This document shows positions 24,106-35,110 of a DNA stretch of 37,874 bases, piece by piece. The notes under the pieces are model-generated. The model was not told the origin of the DNA. It made no database searches and saw only the letters and a program-made list of their open reading frames with translations. Origin of the DNA: Catajapyx aquilonaris (taxonomy: Eukaryota). The number at the start of each line of letters is the position of its first letter. The first letter of the stretch is position 1. Where the stretch lies: assembly GCA_000934665.2 (NCBI GenBank), contig JYFJ02003762.1:1-37874 (forward strand), written 5' to 3'. The position numbers and the translations under genes were made by a program.

Positions 24106-25695
24106 CCGTCAAACGGGGGGAGATTGTGCCTTGCGGGGAGAGATTGTGCCAGCGCATTTTTTGGGACAACTAAGCACACTACTATCAGCAGGTGTAAACT
24201 AGCGAAATTAGGCATACCGGTATTCCATTACATTGATAAATGTACAAGGTTGACAATCACGAAGCGAATTCGCGATTTGTTGCTATAAGGCCTGTAAAAT
24301 AAATTATTGTTGAAATTTTGATTTTTGTCAAGTTTTGCACTTGGTGGTATAGCATTGGTTGCTGTGAGTGGCCGGTTGCTTCTCGTTACCAGGTAAGTTA
24401 ATATTTCGATAACCACATTAATGAAGGTAGTAAATATGAGTTGACGGTTTTTAAATCTGCATTTGTTCCTGAGCTATGACCCAATGAAGGAAAATGGGCG
24501 ACTTGACGAGGAGAGATTGTGCCACTTTTTTCCCATTATTTCACTGATTTTCATGTGTGACAGTAATGAGAGGAGTTTACCTGAAAAGATCGGTGGGGGC
24601 CTTGGGGGAAATCAAGTCTAACATTCTTCAATGAAAAAGAGAGTAGATAATTGGATTTAACAAAAATAATACTGCAACCAGCACCACTAGTCGCAGCGAC
24701 AAAAGAGAACATCAAACCTGATCGAACCAACTGCGACCGAGGTACTGACAAATAAAAATCTGATGGTGCACCTCAGGCCGATTTTGTCGAAGCGAAAAAT
24801 TAATGCAATTTCATTTTTTCATAATTTTGAGCCAGTGACTTGATCATGCATGTGACTATAAACAGTGTGTTTTATCAAGGTGAAGGAAGGGAAGGAGGTG
24901 TCCTTGAAGTGCTTGTAAGCATCACTGGATTCATAACTTCGCATTTTTATTGAAGAATTGCCTCATGATGGGGAAGAAATCATCTTTGTTCTCCACGACA
25001 CATTTAATACAGTCCATTCCTGATCAGTGATCACATTCATACTGTAGTTGTTTAGCCATTTCGTGGGAACATACCATGAGAAGGCTACTCTGCCCAATTA
25101 TTTTTCAGTTGTCTTATGGGTGGTGTGTGGATGGTTTTATGTGACATTGCAGTTGGTCCAGGAATAATGTTGCGTATAAATTAAATTTCGTTCTAATAGA
25201 TCAATTATTCATCGCAGCATGTTAGCCATGATTTCTGCCAAAGCTTCAGACCGATCTTCTTCACGTCAACTTTTCCCATAACTGTCACACATGAAAATCA
25301 TGGAAATAATGGGGGGAAAACTGGGAAAAACAGTGGCACAATCTCACCTCATCACCTTCACTTTTTAAACTAATTGCACCATGTTTCAAAAAATATTTTC
25401 TTCGCATATTAAAGATGCTAATTTGTACGGACAGGATGCCCATGACTTGTTTCCAATTTCATTCAAACATTTAAATAGGGTGGCCCAATCTCACCCAAAC
25501 GACGAGGCGAAATTGTGGCATGGAAAAGAATTTATATCTCCCCTCCCTTAGTATATAAAAATTATTTTCACGTATGATCCGAAAGGTGAGATGTGCAGCA
25601 ATGTTGTATAAAATATTCGTTCCGATATATCAATTACTCTGGTTTGATTGCAAGGAAAACCTCCAAAAGTGGCACAATCTCCCCCCATTTGATGG
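24106..25695. mobile_element. pogo-family non-autonomous DNA transposon
   Basis: 25-bp TIR cc(g/a)tcaaa(c/t)ggggggagattgtgcc, TA TSD, internal gagattgtgcc repeats. Confidence 0.85.
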
Positions 25696-25774
25696 TATAA
25701 GTCTTTTTCCAGATGACCAACTAAAAACCTGTGTTTATTATTTTGATTAAATTTAATGTAATGCAGCATATAGT

Positions 25775-26040
25775 AATAATAATAATAATGGATACCCCAT
25801 GATAGGCCTCCTTGGGCCTCTTAGGGGATCATTTTTTGAATAACCATCTTTAATCATTGCCTGCACTGTGATGGATTTTGATTGCAAGAGGAAATGGGAG
25901 AACCCAGAGAAAACCCACGCAAACATGGAGAGAACCCATCAAAACTCCATCCACATAAGTATCCTCCTTCCGACCTGGGGATCGAACGCGGGACCTTGGA
26001 GGTGGAAGGCTGCGGCGCTAACCACTCGGCCACTGTGTTG
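25775..26040 (-). mobile_element. tRNA-derived SINE with a V-domain-like core (family V)
   Basis: A box tggccgagtgg, B box gttcgatccc; core ggagttttgatgggttctctccatgtttgcgtgggttttctctgggttctcccatttcct resembles the V-SINE domain; (TTA)n tail. Confidence 0.8.
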
Positions 26041-26271
26041 CCTGCAGCATACTGTATGCACAGTACCTCTCATAAAGAATGGTACGGTATGACTCAATGG
26101 ACGAAATGTTTAACCTGACTGTTCAGCATTGTTCCCAACCTGATTAAGTCAACCCTATCTATGCACAAGTGCACAACCTTTCCTGGACCTCTGGCGACCC
26201 GTATGACCCCTCCCCTCCATCCAAATTTTTCCTGAAATTATTTTTAACCAAAATGTTCAACCACGTGCAAT

Positions 26272-27405
26272 CAGGGATGGAAAAAGAACCGCTTCCTTCC
26301 CACTCAGAACCGCTTCCGCTACCGAAAAGCGCTCCACATTTGCGAAGCGGTTGTCGGTAGCGGAAGCTTATAAGAAGCGGTTCTGATGGGAAAGGAAGCG
26401 GTTATTTTTCCATCCCGGGTGGGGGGTTATTATACAGGGTGGACCAACTTCAAGTGTCGTTTTATAACGGCGATTAATAGCAGTGATTTTGCGATGACGT
26501 AGCAGCGACGTGTAAAATGTCCCACTTCGGCGCCATCGAAAATATTAGCTGACAATAGCAGCTCACGTGTAATCAACCCTGCTGCTGGGTTGACCTGGAA
26601 AGAAGTAGGTGCACACATGACCTGAGATGACCTGAGCGGGCGAGGCAGCCTTCTTTAAGGACTGCCGGATTGGCATTGGTGCCGCATGTGGTTGCACAGG
26701 GTTCATTACATGTGTGCTGCTATTGGCAGCTAATATTTTCAATGGCGCCGAAGTGTGCCATTTTACACGTCGCTGCTACGTCAATCGTAAAGCGCTTCTA
26801 TTAATAGCCGTTATAACACGACACTTGAAGTTGGTCCACCCTGTATTATCATAAATAACACATCTGCTGTTGGAAACAGTTTACTAAGTAATAACATTTA
26901 TTCAAATGACGCAAATTGTAAACACCCATTTGCCCATCTGACTGTTTGTGCTCCAGTGTACACTTTACAGGCAGTGTCGCAGTGAATACCCCCCTTGGGC
27001 GAAAGAGAACGAGGAACCGGTTAAGACACGAGAAGCGCTTCCGAAGAACCGGTAGCATCTTCAAAAAAGGCATCCGATTCCGCTTCTACAACCGCTCCCA
27101 TGTTCGCAAAGAGCTTCCGGTTACCGGATGCCATGGGTACCGAGAAATTCGGAAGCGCTTCTTGTAGGCTACCGGATCCGGAGAGATATCATAGAAGCGG
27201 TTCTTTTTCCATCCAAGACACGAGAAGCGCATCCGAAGAACCGGTAGCATCTTCAAAAAAGGCAACTGATTCCGCTTCTACAACCGCTCCCATGTTCGCA
27301 AAGCACTTCTGGTTACCGGATGCCAAGGGTACCGAGAAATACTGGAAGCGGTTCTTGTACCGGGTCCGGAGCGGTATCATAGAAGCGGTTATTTTTCCAT
27401 CCCTG
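26272..27405. mobile_element. hAT MITE
   Basis: TIR cagggatggaaaaa, 8-bp TSD cgtgcaat (26264-26271, 27406-27413); AACCGCTTC/GAAGCGGTT motifs; ~190-bp tandem duplication 27023-27214/27215-27402. Confidence 0.92.
26435..26843. mobile_element. Tc1/mariner palindromic MITE (innermost layer)
   Basis: TA|CAGGGTGGACCAACTTCAAGTGTCG...|TA with ~140-bp inverted arms. Confidence 0.92.
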
Positions 27406-27683
27406 CGTGCAATGCTTACGTAGACTTGAGATGAATTTCTCCCAGAAAAATTTGTGTCTGTGCTTTGCTTTTTTCTTGCATTCTTTACTTTATTTTTATT
27501 CCCCTTTCCTGGCCTTCCCTGAGACACCTAAAAACATGCTGGCGACCCAGTGGTTGGGAACAGGATAAACATTTCGTTCATCGAGTCGTTCCATTCTTTA
27601 TGAGTGGAACTGTACAGTAGTTCATTAAAAACCTGTGAATAGCGCATTTTAAGGTATCTCAGACCATATTCTAATTATCCTGA

Positions 27684-28050
27684 GGGAGGCGGAGTGGCGC
27701 TGCAGTAATGTATGCACCCACAGATGTTAAGGTCCCGGGTTCGATCCCAGCCCGGGGTTCCCCCCTTCATCTTGTGCAGAGTTGGGTCACCTCTGGCTTC
27801 TTCTTGGGCGGAATTTCCTTATACTAATCAACCCAGGGGAGTTCATTAAAAATGGCCACACAAGGACATTGCACTGCAGTTTGCACATCCCCTCCTGTCG
27901 TCCTGCCTATGGGCCCGGGCGTTTCGCAAATGGGTCCAAATGTGTACATACATGTAATGTACAATTGAGTGATAATAAAGGTCTGTGCGAAGATACCGAT
28001 AAGGTGAAAAGCACTACCCCTATGATGATGATGATGATTGTTATTATTGC
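27684..28050 (+). mobile_element. tRNA-derived SINE family B with a (TGA)n tail
   Basis: B box gggttcgatccc; body homologous to 23205-23507; 3' hairpin module followed by tgatgatga. Confidence 0.8.
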
Positions 28051-28840
28051 TTGATTTGGCGAAGTATTGTATTGCAGTGTAATATTTAAATTTAATATTC
28101 AGTGTCTGTAGTCTGAGATGGGCAGGGGTGGGGGGTGAGACCAGTTGTTTATAGTTTTATTTTCACAAGTTTTAATTTAGTTCATATGTTGGGTTAGCTT
28201 GCGTCTCTCTTCGTGCCTACCCCTCATAGGGAAATGTCGTGATGTTGATGGTGATGATGATGATTATTATTATTATTGTAATGTCTGTAATTATTGTCTG
28301 GAATTGTTTTCAGTTTTCATGGCATTGTTTAGAGATCGTCACATGTTAATAATTATTGTCATTACATTTGTGTAAATACTTAATTGTTGTCCACTGGACG
28401 GTAACAAAAATTTTGGTTGCCTAGCCGTGGCACATGGTAACTATCAATGTTGTTAGAGATATGTAAACAACCGAGGCGATGAATAAAAGTCCATGGTCAA
28501 GTCAGTCAGCCAGTCTGCAGCTAGCAAGGAGGGAGGACCTCCCCTCCTAGGCTAGTCACGATGGACTATTTGACCTGCCTAAGTTTGGCTTGAGAAAGGT
28601 TGTCATTATCACAGGCAGGCCCATACAGTTGTTGGTACCACTAGGTGCAACGGTCAGGTCCGCAGGGATCTGTACCGCTTGACCGTTCGCTGGAGTAGGA
28701 TATTAAACGTACTGGACAACATAGTGCTTCCCTCTCACTAACAGTAGCCTATGATTGGTGGAAGCCCGAACCAGGTCCGGACATAGCACAGTACTGTCCG
28801 TACCACTCTCCATGACCTAGGTGTGAATCACTTAGAACCT

Positions 28841-29184
28841 AGGTGTGGCGGCCGAGATGGTAATGTCTCGGCTTGCTGAGTGAAAGGTCCCAGGTTCGAT
28901 CCCCGTCTGGGATTTCCCATTCACCTGCATCGGGAGGGTCTCTGACCAGCACCTTCGAGGTGTCTGGCAACCTTACGTCCTGGGGGACTGCACAAGACAC
29001 ATTATCTGACATTGCACCTGCAAAAGTGTCCCCTCCCTGAAAATCCCTATGCTTACCCAATGTCCTTGATTCCCTGCACCAGAGAATGAAGAAAATGGAA
29101 AAATTATACAGAAAATATGGTGGTGTCCCACCTCCCTAAAAGAGCCAATGCTCTAGCACGGGGTAGCAAAACAACAACAACAAC
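28841..29184 (+). mobile_element. tRNA-derived SINE family A
   Basis: A box ggccgagatgg, B box ggttcgatccc, body homologous to 4867-5228, (CAA)n tail. Confidence 0.88.
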
Positions 29185-29305
29185 TGGAATTTTTACCAGG
29201 GCTGGAAATGTATTTTTATCTACATTACCCTTCACTCAATGTGCTGCTAAACACAGGGGTATATTTTAAGTTTCATGATAGTAGGTTGTCCTCTACACAT
29301 CTTTA

Positions 29306-29452
29306 GGGCCGTTTTCTCGAACAATGGTTCAAATGTAAACCCGGTTCAAAGCCGGTTTAAACCCTTGACAACAGCCTAACAACAATCAAATCAGGGATTA
29401 AACTGGCTTTGAACCCGGTTTACATTTGAACCACTGTTCGAGAAAACGGCCC
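29306..29452. mobile_element. Tourist/PIF-Harbinger-like palindromic MITE
   Basis: gggccgttttctcgaaca...tgttcgagaaaacggccc with TTA TSD. Confidence 0.9.
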
Positions 29453-29604
29453 TTAGTGTTGTATAAAAAAACTTTTTTCAGATTATAGCCTATCCGCCCT
29501 TTCAGTAAAACCACCAGATCAGCAATTTCAAAAAGGGGCCAATCTAATTTTTGCTGGCAAGTGATAGTCATTTGTAGCTATTTTCATACAAAATCTTATT
29601 TGAC

Positions 29605-29755
29605 CTCTGTAAACATCTTGGCCGTATGGAGAGGCAGGTGATGATGATGATCTGCAAATGTATGACAATCAGAACCTTCTTTCAGCAAAATATCTGCCTT
29701 CTCGACAGCTGATGATCTCACAGCCAGCATCAGTGGGGTGTAATTTTCCTGAGAC
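29605..29755 (-). CDS. ASB-like protein, ankyrin exon (3' boundary uncertain)
   Basis: Acceptor ttctcactacAG, phase 2 matches the previous exon (IDARSQENYTPLMLAVRSSAVEKADILLKEGSDCHTFADHHHHLPLHTA). The donor GTCAAA is weak. Confidence 0.8.
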
Positions 29756-29837
29756 CTGTAGTGAGAATAGTCTGCTGTTCTTGACTGTACTACTTGACAG
29801 TTTTTTAATGCATTTAAAAAGAATGTGACAGGTAATG

Positions 29838-29840
<3 letters not shown>

Positions 29841-29914
<74 letters not shown>

Positions 29915-30344
29915 TGGGGTAGTGCTTTCACCCCCAACTGGGGGTATATCACACGGACCTTTATTATTATTATTATTATTATTATTATATTTTTTTTACA
30001 GTAGCTGGTGCAGGGACAGGGTAGGGATAGGAGGGGGGGACACTGGTGCATGTGCAATCTCTCATGTTGGGGGTCGTGTGCAGTCCCTCAGGGGGGTCTG
30101 TTCGCCATAGATGGCCCCCCTAGATGCGGGTCAGAAACCCCCGACTGACCCGCATCTCCTCCAGGACAGGGAAAGGAGGGAAGCGGCTGTAGCCTATATT
30201 ACGGTACGATCTCGGAAATTATTCCTGGAGTGACCTTGGGAAACCACAGAAAACCAAGGTCAGGATCGCCGGCCTCCGGGATTCGAACCCAGGACCTCCC
30301 GATTAGCAGTCGGACACCATATCCACTACACCACTACTGCTTCG
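29841..30344 (-). mobile_element. tRNA-derived SINE family C with a long (TTA)n tail
   Basis: A box tggtgtagtgg, B box ggttcgaatcc; 16-bp TSD gtgacaggtaatgata (29825-29840, 30345-30360); the tail is the (TAA)n microsatellite at ~29839-29913. Confidence 0.92.
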
Positions 30345-30654
30345 GTGACAGGTAATGATAGTTCACCCATTGGCAATTCTGTTCATGAGTCTTGAGGAGG
30401 AAAAGTAGAATGGTGGGAAGAATTAAGTGATGTCATGTGCATTAGGCACTGCTGCTGGCCCATTTTGAAGCACATTTTGGATGAGAGGAAGTAAAATTAA
30501 TAGGAATATTCCACTTTGCATTGCCACACTTACTGTCACTATGTTGATTGAAGGCATGAGGCTACAGTTGAAAGTCAGCTGCCTTATTGAAGTATACAAC
30601 TATTTCACTCAAAAATATGAAAATTACTTTGAATTTGGTTTTCAATGCAATATA

Positions 30655-31215
30655 CAGGGTGTCCCTCTTCTTACTTTACCAGGCATTTCTTTAATCACTT
30701 TAACATGAATGAAGATATCACAACGACATTTGAACTGAAGTAACCTTATTATGTGAGAAAGGGGGCATCACAACATATGCTGGAAATGTTCACCATTTGC
30801 GTCCACGCGGACCTGAATGTGACACTTCATATTTTGGCAGGTCGTGGCCAGCATGTCCTGAGGCACTGCCTGAATTTCTTGGATGATGTTTTCTTTCAAG
30901 GCGTCAATGGACTGTGGTTTGTTTTGGTACACATGCCATACATCACAATCATGTCAGCTTTGCCGAAATTCAGTCCTTTTGTTGGCAACCGATTCATTTC
31001 GAAGGGACTTTGGCCACTGTGCATGCCCGATCTTACGCCGCCTGATTACATCTCATGGGGCTATCTGAAAGGGTGTGTGGACCGCGAAACAAACCATGAC
31101 CCATCAACTCCTTGAAAGAAAACATCATCTCAGAAATTAAGGCAGTGCCTCAGGACATGCTGGCTAGGCCGTTCCAAAATATAGAGCGTCGCATTCATGC
31201 CTTCCTGGACGCAAA
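30655..31215. mobile_element. Tc1/mariner-superfamily foldback remnant
   Basis: TA|CAGGGTGTCC start; + strand WPLCMPDLTPPDYISWGYLKG (WPPRSPDLTP-type motif); inverted copy of the C-terminal coding region at ~30830-30930. Confidence 0.75.
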
Positions 31216-31554
31216 TGACCAAAATGTTCAACCCAGTACAATGCTTACGTAGATTTGATGTGAATTTCCCCCCTAAAATTTTCCTACTTAGCTTTGTTTT
31301 TCTCTTCTCTTTTTTATTTTACTTTGATTCCCTTTTCCGGGACTTCCTCGTGACCCCCAAAAACATGCCGGCGACCAAGGGGTTGGGAACAGAACAAACA
31401 TTTCGTCCATGTAGAGTCGTACCATTCTTTATGAACGGTACTGTACCTCATCAAAGACTTTTACAGATTGGGCTTGAAAATTCCAAGACCCAGGTCTTAG
31501 AATTTTTTACTGCCGCATATAACTCACAAATGGGTGCTATAAGAAAATACTGAC

Positions 31555-31834
31555 CGGGCATCTATATTGATCACTAGCCTCTTGTTAAGCAAGACCCGGA
31601 TCACCCTGGATGACTGCTGGATGTCGCTGGAAGCCGCGCAATGCAAGGGGGTCATTCCATGGCTATCAGGTGTGTCTGGCTCTGCCCTTCGTGTTAGCAG
31701 AATTTCTGCCAGCTCCGAATTCCCTGTGCAGCAGGAAATGTGCAAGGCTGTCTGCCCAAATTCATCCTGGGCATTCACCTCACATTCAGGAATCAATATT
31801 TTCCTTAAAATCTCCATATGCTCCTTACTGGCAG
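31555..31834 (-). CDS. ASB-like protein, ankyrin exon
   Basis: AASKEHMEILRKILIPECEVNAQDEFGQTALHISCCTGNSELAEILLTRRAEPDTPDSHGMTPLHCAASS...INIDAR; phase-1 acceptor, phase-2 donor GTCAGT. Confidence 0.92.
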
Positions 31835-32594
31835 CTAACATGTGGAATATAATGATTTCAGTTACTGACAGTCATTTTCACATTTGAAAGAAACTAAAAA
31901 TGATCTCTCACATTTTCCTGCCACATTTATGTCAGGGGAATGCTGTGACTTGAATTGTGAGTGAAAGGAAATGGGAGTTCCAAATAAATGCCATGCAAAC
32001 ATGTGCAGAAAGCTTTGTCACTCTTGATGAACATGAGAAAGTACTGTACTCCACCAATCCAGGATCAAACTCATTACACCATCATATATCTTCCAAAAAA
32101 TGTGCTGGAATGTTAACGTTATGAAAACAGTTCCTCCAGGGAAGATTGCTGAAGTCTAACACATTCCCTAGGAGATGATCCAATAACATGAACAAAAGTT
32201 CTTCCTGGACTTGCTGCAAGATCACACTATAAAATACCACTCACAAGGGAAGGTCACACATTGTAGATGGAGTTGCTGAATCAAACTTGGCACAATAATA
32301 GAGGCAGGTAAATTAGTAACCAAAATTCAAACAATTTCGGCTCAACGCTACAAGGTCCAAAGTTATGATCTCTCGGTGTCAGCCCAGACAGCTTACCTTA
32401 TGAGCCAAATTTCAGATATGCATATCGCACTTTAAAAAGCACACATTTTTACAGCATTAGAAAGGCCTAATTACTCTGATTACAACACGCTATACAAGAA
32501 TTGCTCATCGCAGCCAATTTTTTAGAAAACGGCTTCAGAAGTTTTTTGAAAATGTGGGTGAGTGTGTGTGTGTATACACACACACACACAGCCT

Positions 32595-32924
32595 TGTCTT
32601 CACTAAGGCGTGGGGACGTGAAAATTCAACTTTTCGAAGCAAGTGTAAACTAACCTAACCTAACCCAACCTAACCTAACCCAACCTAACCTAACCTACCC
32701 TAACCTACACTTACTAACCTAGGCTGAGAAAAATTGACTTTTGTGAAACCCTACAACTGAAAATAGTGGGGACATGTCCCCACTAATTTACACATGTCCC
32801 CACTGTAATAGTACACAGTCTGTGTGAAACACTGTGGGGACCGAGAAATGTCCCCACAATGCGGACTAGTCCCCACAGCTTCAGTAGAAACTCAGACCTA
32901 CGTCCCCAGACCTTATTGAAGACA
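32595..32924. mobile_element. Small element with (TAACC)n array and TGGGGAC repeats
   Basis: Inverted ends tgtcttcactaaggcgtggggacgt / acgtccccagaccttattgaagaca; TAACC repeats at 32651-32721; adjacent element with cctatccttgtgagg repeats at ~32940-33170. Confidence 0.65.
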
Positions 32925-33197
32925 TGAACAGGAGCGCATTCCTATCCTTGTGAGGTTTTTCCAAAATTTAAAACTAACCTAACCTACAAGGAGACACACG
33001 AAATTTTGGTGAAATATATTTTTACTGTCTTTATGAGGTATTTTTTCGATTTTTCCCTATCCTTGTGAGGCGTGTGTTCACTATGAGGTGCAGGAAAACT
33101 ACCTCATAATGACAAAATACCTCACAAGGATAGGGAAAACGCGTAAAAAATACCTCACAAGGATAGCCCACACACACAACACACCCATATACACACA

Positions 33198-33860
33198 TGT
33201 TACGGGCAATGTGTCCAACCCGGGCATTCTATAAATGACCGGGGCATTGTACGTATAGAATGCCCAATTATTTGGGCAATGTGTATAATGGGAAGGCATT
33301 TCACACATGGGCCGGGCATTTTATATAATGCCCACAGTTCGTTGGGCAATGTGTTGATTCTTTTATCGTCATCTGTTATCGCTTGTAGACTACTCTGCCT
33401 ATCGCTCCTACACATTATTCTATTCAGATAGACGTGTCTGCCTTCTCAGTCGTGTTTTATTTCACTTACGCATTTCTCCGTATTCGAATTTGAAGTTGTG
33501 CTATATTTTTGTGTGTTTCATCGCCATCGACGTGAGTGAAATGCGGAAAACGTTCCAGGAAAGGCTGGTCGGTCTCGTAAGTGGAAAAAAGGATAACAGC
33601 ACCTTTCTTTCTGCTCATCACGAGGATCGAATACGCGCTGTCAAAGAAGCCAAAGATGTTTCGAGCAGTAAGAAGGGGAAAAAACTTCCCATACACTACT
33701 GGCTTTTGGAAAGGTTTGACCTTGTGAACATTGCTGGTAAGGAGAAACTAATCAAACAAATTACAGAGGAATCAAAACCCGTCTTGTACTTTGTACATCA
33801 AGACGAACTGTTTGATATTTTACATCGCACTCATTTAGACATTGGGCATGGAGGACTGTT
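33198..33860 (+). mobile_element. 5' part of a Ginger2/KRBA2-SCAND3-like integrase transposon
   Basis: Begins with TGT, has subterminal gggca(a/t)t repeats, and encodes ...YWLLERFDLVNIAGKEKLIK...ELFDILHRTHLDIGHGG (HxxxGHGG integrase Zn-finger start); truncated before the DDE core. Confidence 0.72.
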
Positions 33861-34957
33861 GGAATTTTTTTTATTATTTATTTACGATACCCCTTTCGAG
33901 GGCGGGGCCCTTTTTGGGGGATACTGTTGGAAAATTTAGAAAATCAGGTTCTTTAATTTGTGGTACATGCAGCCCCTGGATGTTTATTTCCTCTGGCCAT
34001 ATAAAAATTTGTCAAGTATATAACTGACTTGTCTTTGTATATTGCCCCTGAGTACGCAATCGGGCAACGGGAGAACTTTCTTCTGCTGCAGGCACTAACT
34101 CATCATCAGTTTTCGGCTACACTTTCATATCGGCTGACGCGGCACTTTTACCTACTTTCATGCGCTTGTATCTGCTGAAATATACACCTGTATCTGCTGA
34201 AAATAGGCCTGAATACACTGAAAATAGGTCTGTATTTGACGGTAAGGAAAGTTAGGTCATGGGTTGTGGTGGTACAGAGTACCCATACCTCTCCCAAATC
34301 TGGTGCGCCAATATGAAAGTCCTCCCAGTTTTCGACCCCTTGGTTTGCTAATTTCATTAATTATGCTTTTTACAAAGCTGGCTATTTGGAAAAGATACCT
34401 GATGCATTTCAAACGCCTTTCGAGTACTGCTTCGACTCGACTAGTAGTGAAAGTGATTACAATCATGACTGCAAAGCACTGACTTATCATTTATGAGATG
34501 TGCTCATTGTACAAATGTGTTTTGCTTTGAACACATAATTAAAAATAACTGCTAATTTGCTATGCTTCTTTTCATATTCCAGTGCTTTACCCTTTCCACT
34601 TAGGTAAGCTGTCCGGGCTGACTTCGAGAGGTCATAACTTCTGACCTTGTAGCATTGGGCAGAAACGGTTTGCATTTTGGTGACTAACTTACCTGCCTAT
34701 ATTATTGTGCCAAGTTTCAATTAGCAAATCATTCTACAATGCGTGACCTGTCCTCGTCAGTTGAGTTTCAGTTTATTATATATTTAACCTACCTCCAGAA
34801 ACCCAATATAACCCTTGTGGCTGGGAGTTCATAGAATTTGGTGACAACAGTTCACTACCCAAATATACCACTGAATGCCAGATGATTACTTTTTGAATTA
34901 ACAAAACTACAATAATTATCTGTAGGCTATACTGTATATTATAATAATGAACTTTAC

Positions 34958-35110
34958 CATAATGAAGGCAGGTCTTCTGTGCAGGACCTCTGGCATTTAC
35001 GTCAGCTCCCTTTTGCATCAGCAGAGTTACCAGATCCACCTGACATAGGTTTATTGAAGCCATCAGGGGAGTCAAGGAGCCTACTCTTCCACAGTTGACG
35101 TCAAAGTTCA
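34958..35110 (-). CDS. Ankyrin repeat and SOCS box (ASB-like) protein, most 5' exon visible
   Basis: NFDVNCGRVGSLTPLMASINLCQVDLVTLLMQKGADVNARGPAQKTCLHY(G|gtaaag) ankyrin repeat. Acceptor atgatAG; the phase-1 donor joins 31834 to give TCLHYAASKEH. An ATG at 35117 is an alternative start. Confidence 0.88.

Larger units (their letters stand above)
26061..27612. mobile_element. TA-type MITE (outer layer of a nested stack)
   Basis: Inverted ends cagtacctctcataaagaatgg / ccattctttatgagtggaactg|TA; partial second copy at ~31220-31443. Confidence 0.75.
32252..34749. mobile_element. DNA transposon with ~150-bp diverged TIRs hosting several nested elements
   Basis: 32252-32400 is the reverse complement of ~34600-34749 (aaacttggcacaataata..ggcaggtaa..., gctacaaggtc..aagttatga..., cagccc.gacagcttacct). 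Confidence 0.75.

Noticed and set aside
28841..28912. tRNA genes at the SINE heads (also ~5160-5228, 18050-18125, 30270-30344)
   Set aside because: A/B boxes are present but I see no complete cloverleaf, and each continues into a SINE body and tail, usually with a TSD.
29195..29265. Ankyrin-like IPLCLAAH on the - strand as a missing ASB exon
   Set aside because: Bounded by in-frame TAA and TGA, with no convincing splice sites.
29915..29965. Hammerhead ribozyme (hairpin followed by GAAA)
   Set aside because: Lacks the CTGANGA core and a three-way junction.
29835..30110. Poly-Ile/poly-Leu ORFs
   Set aside because: These are translations of the (TAA)n/(TTA)n SINE tail.
30085..30160. HDV-like ribozyme in the family C SINE (P4-like GCCATCTATGGC followed by GAA)
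   Set aside because: Only about 7 nt lie between the putative P2 and P1' strands, too short for P3/L3/P1.1; kept only as a possible pseudoknot.
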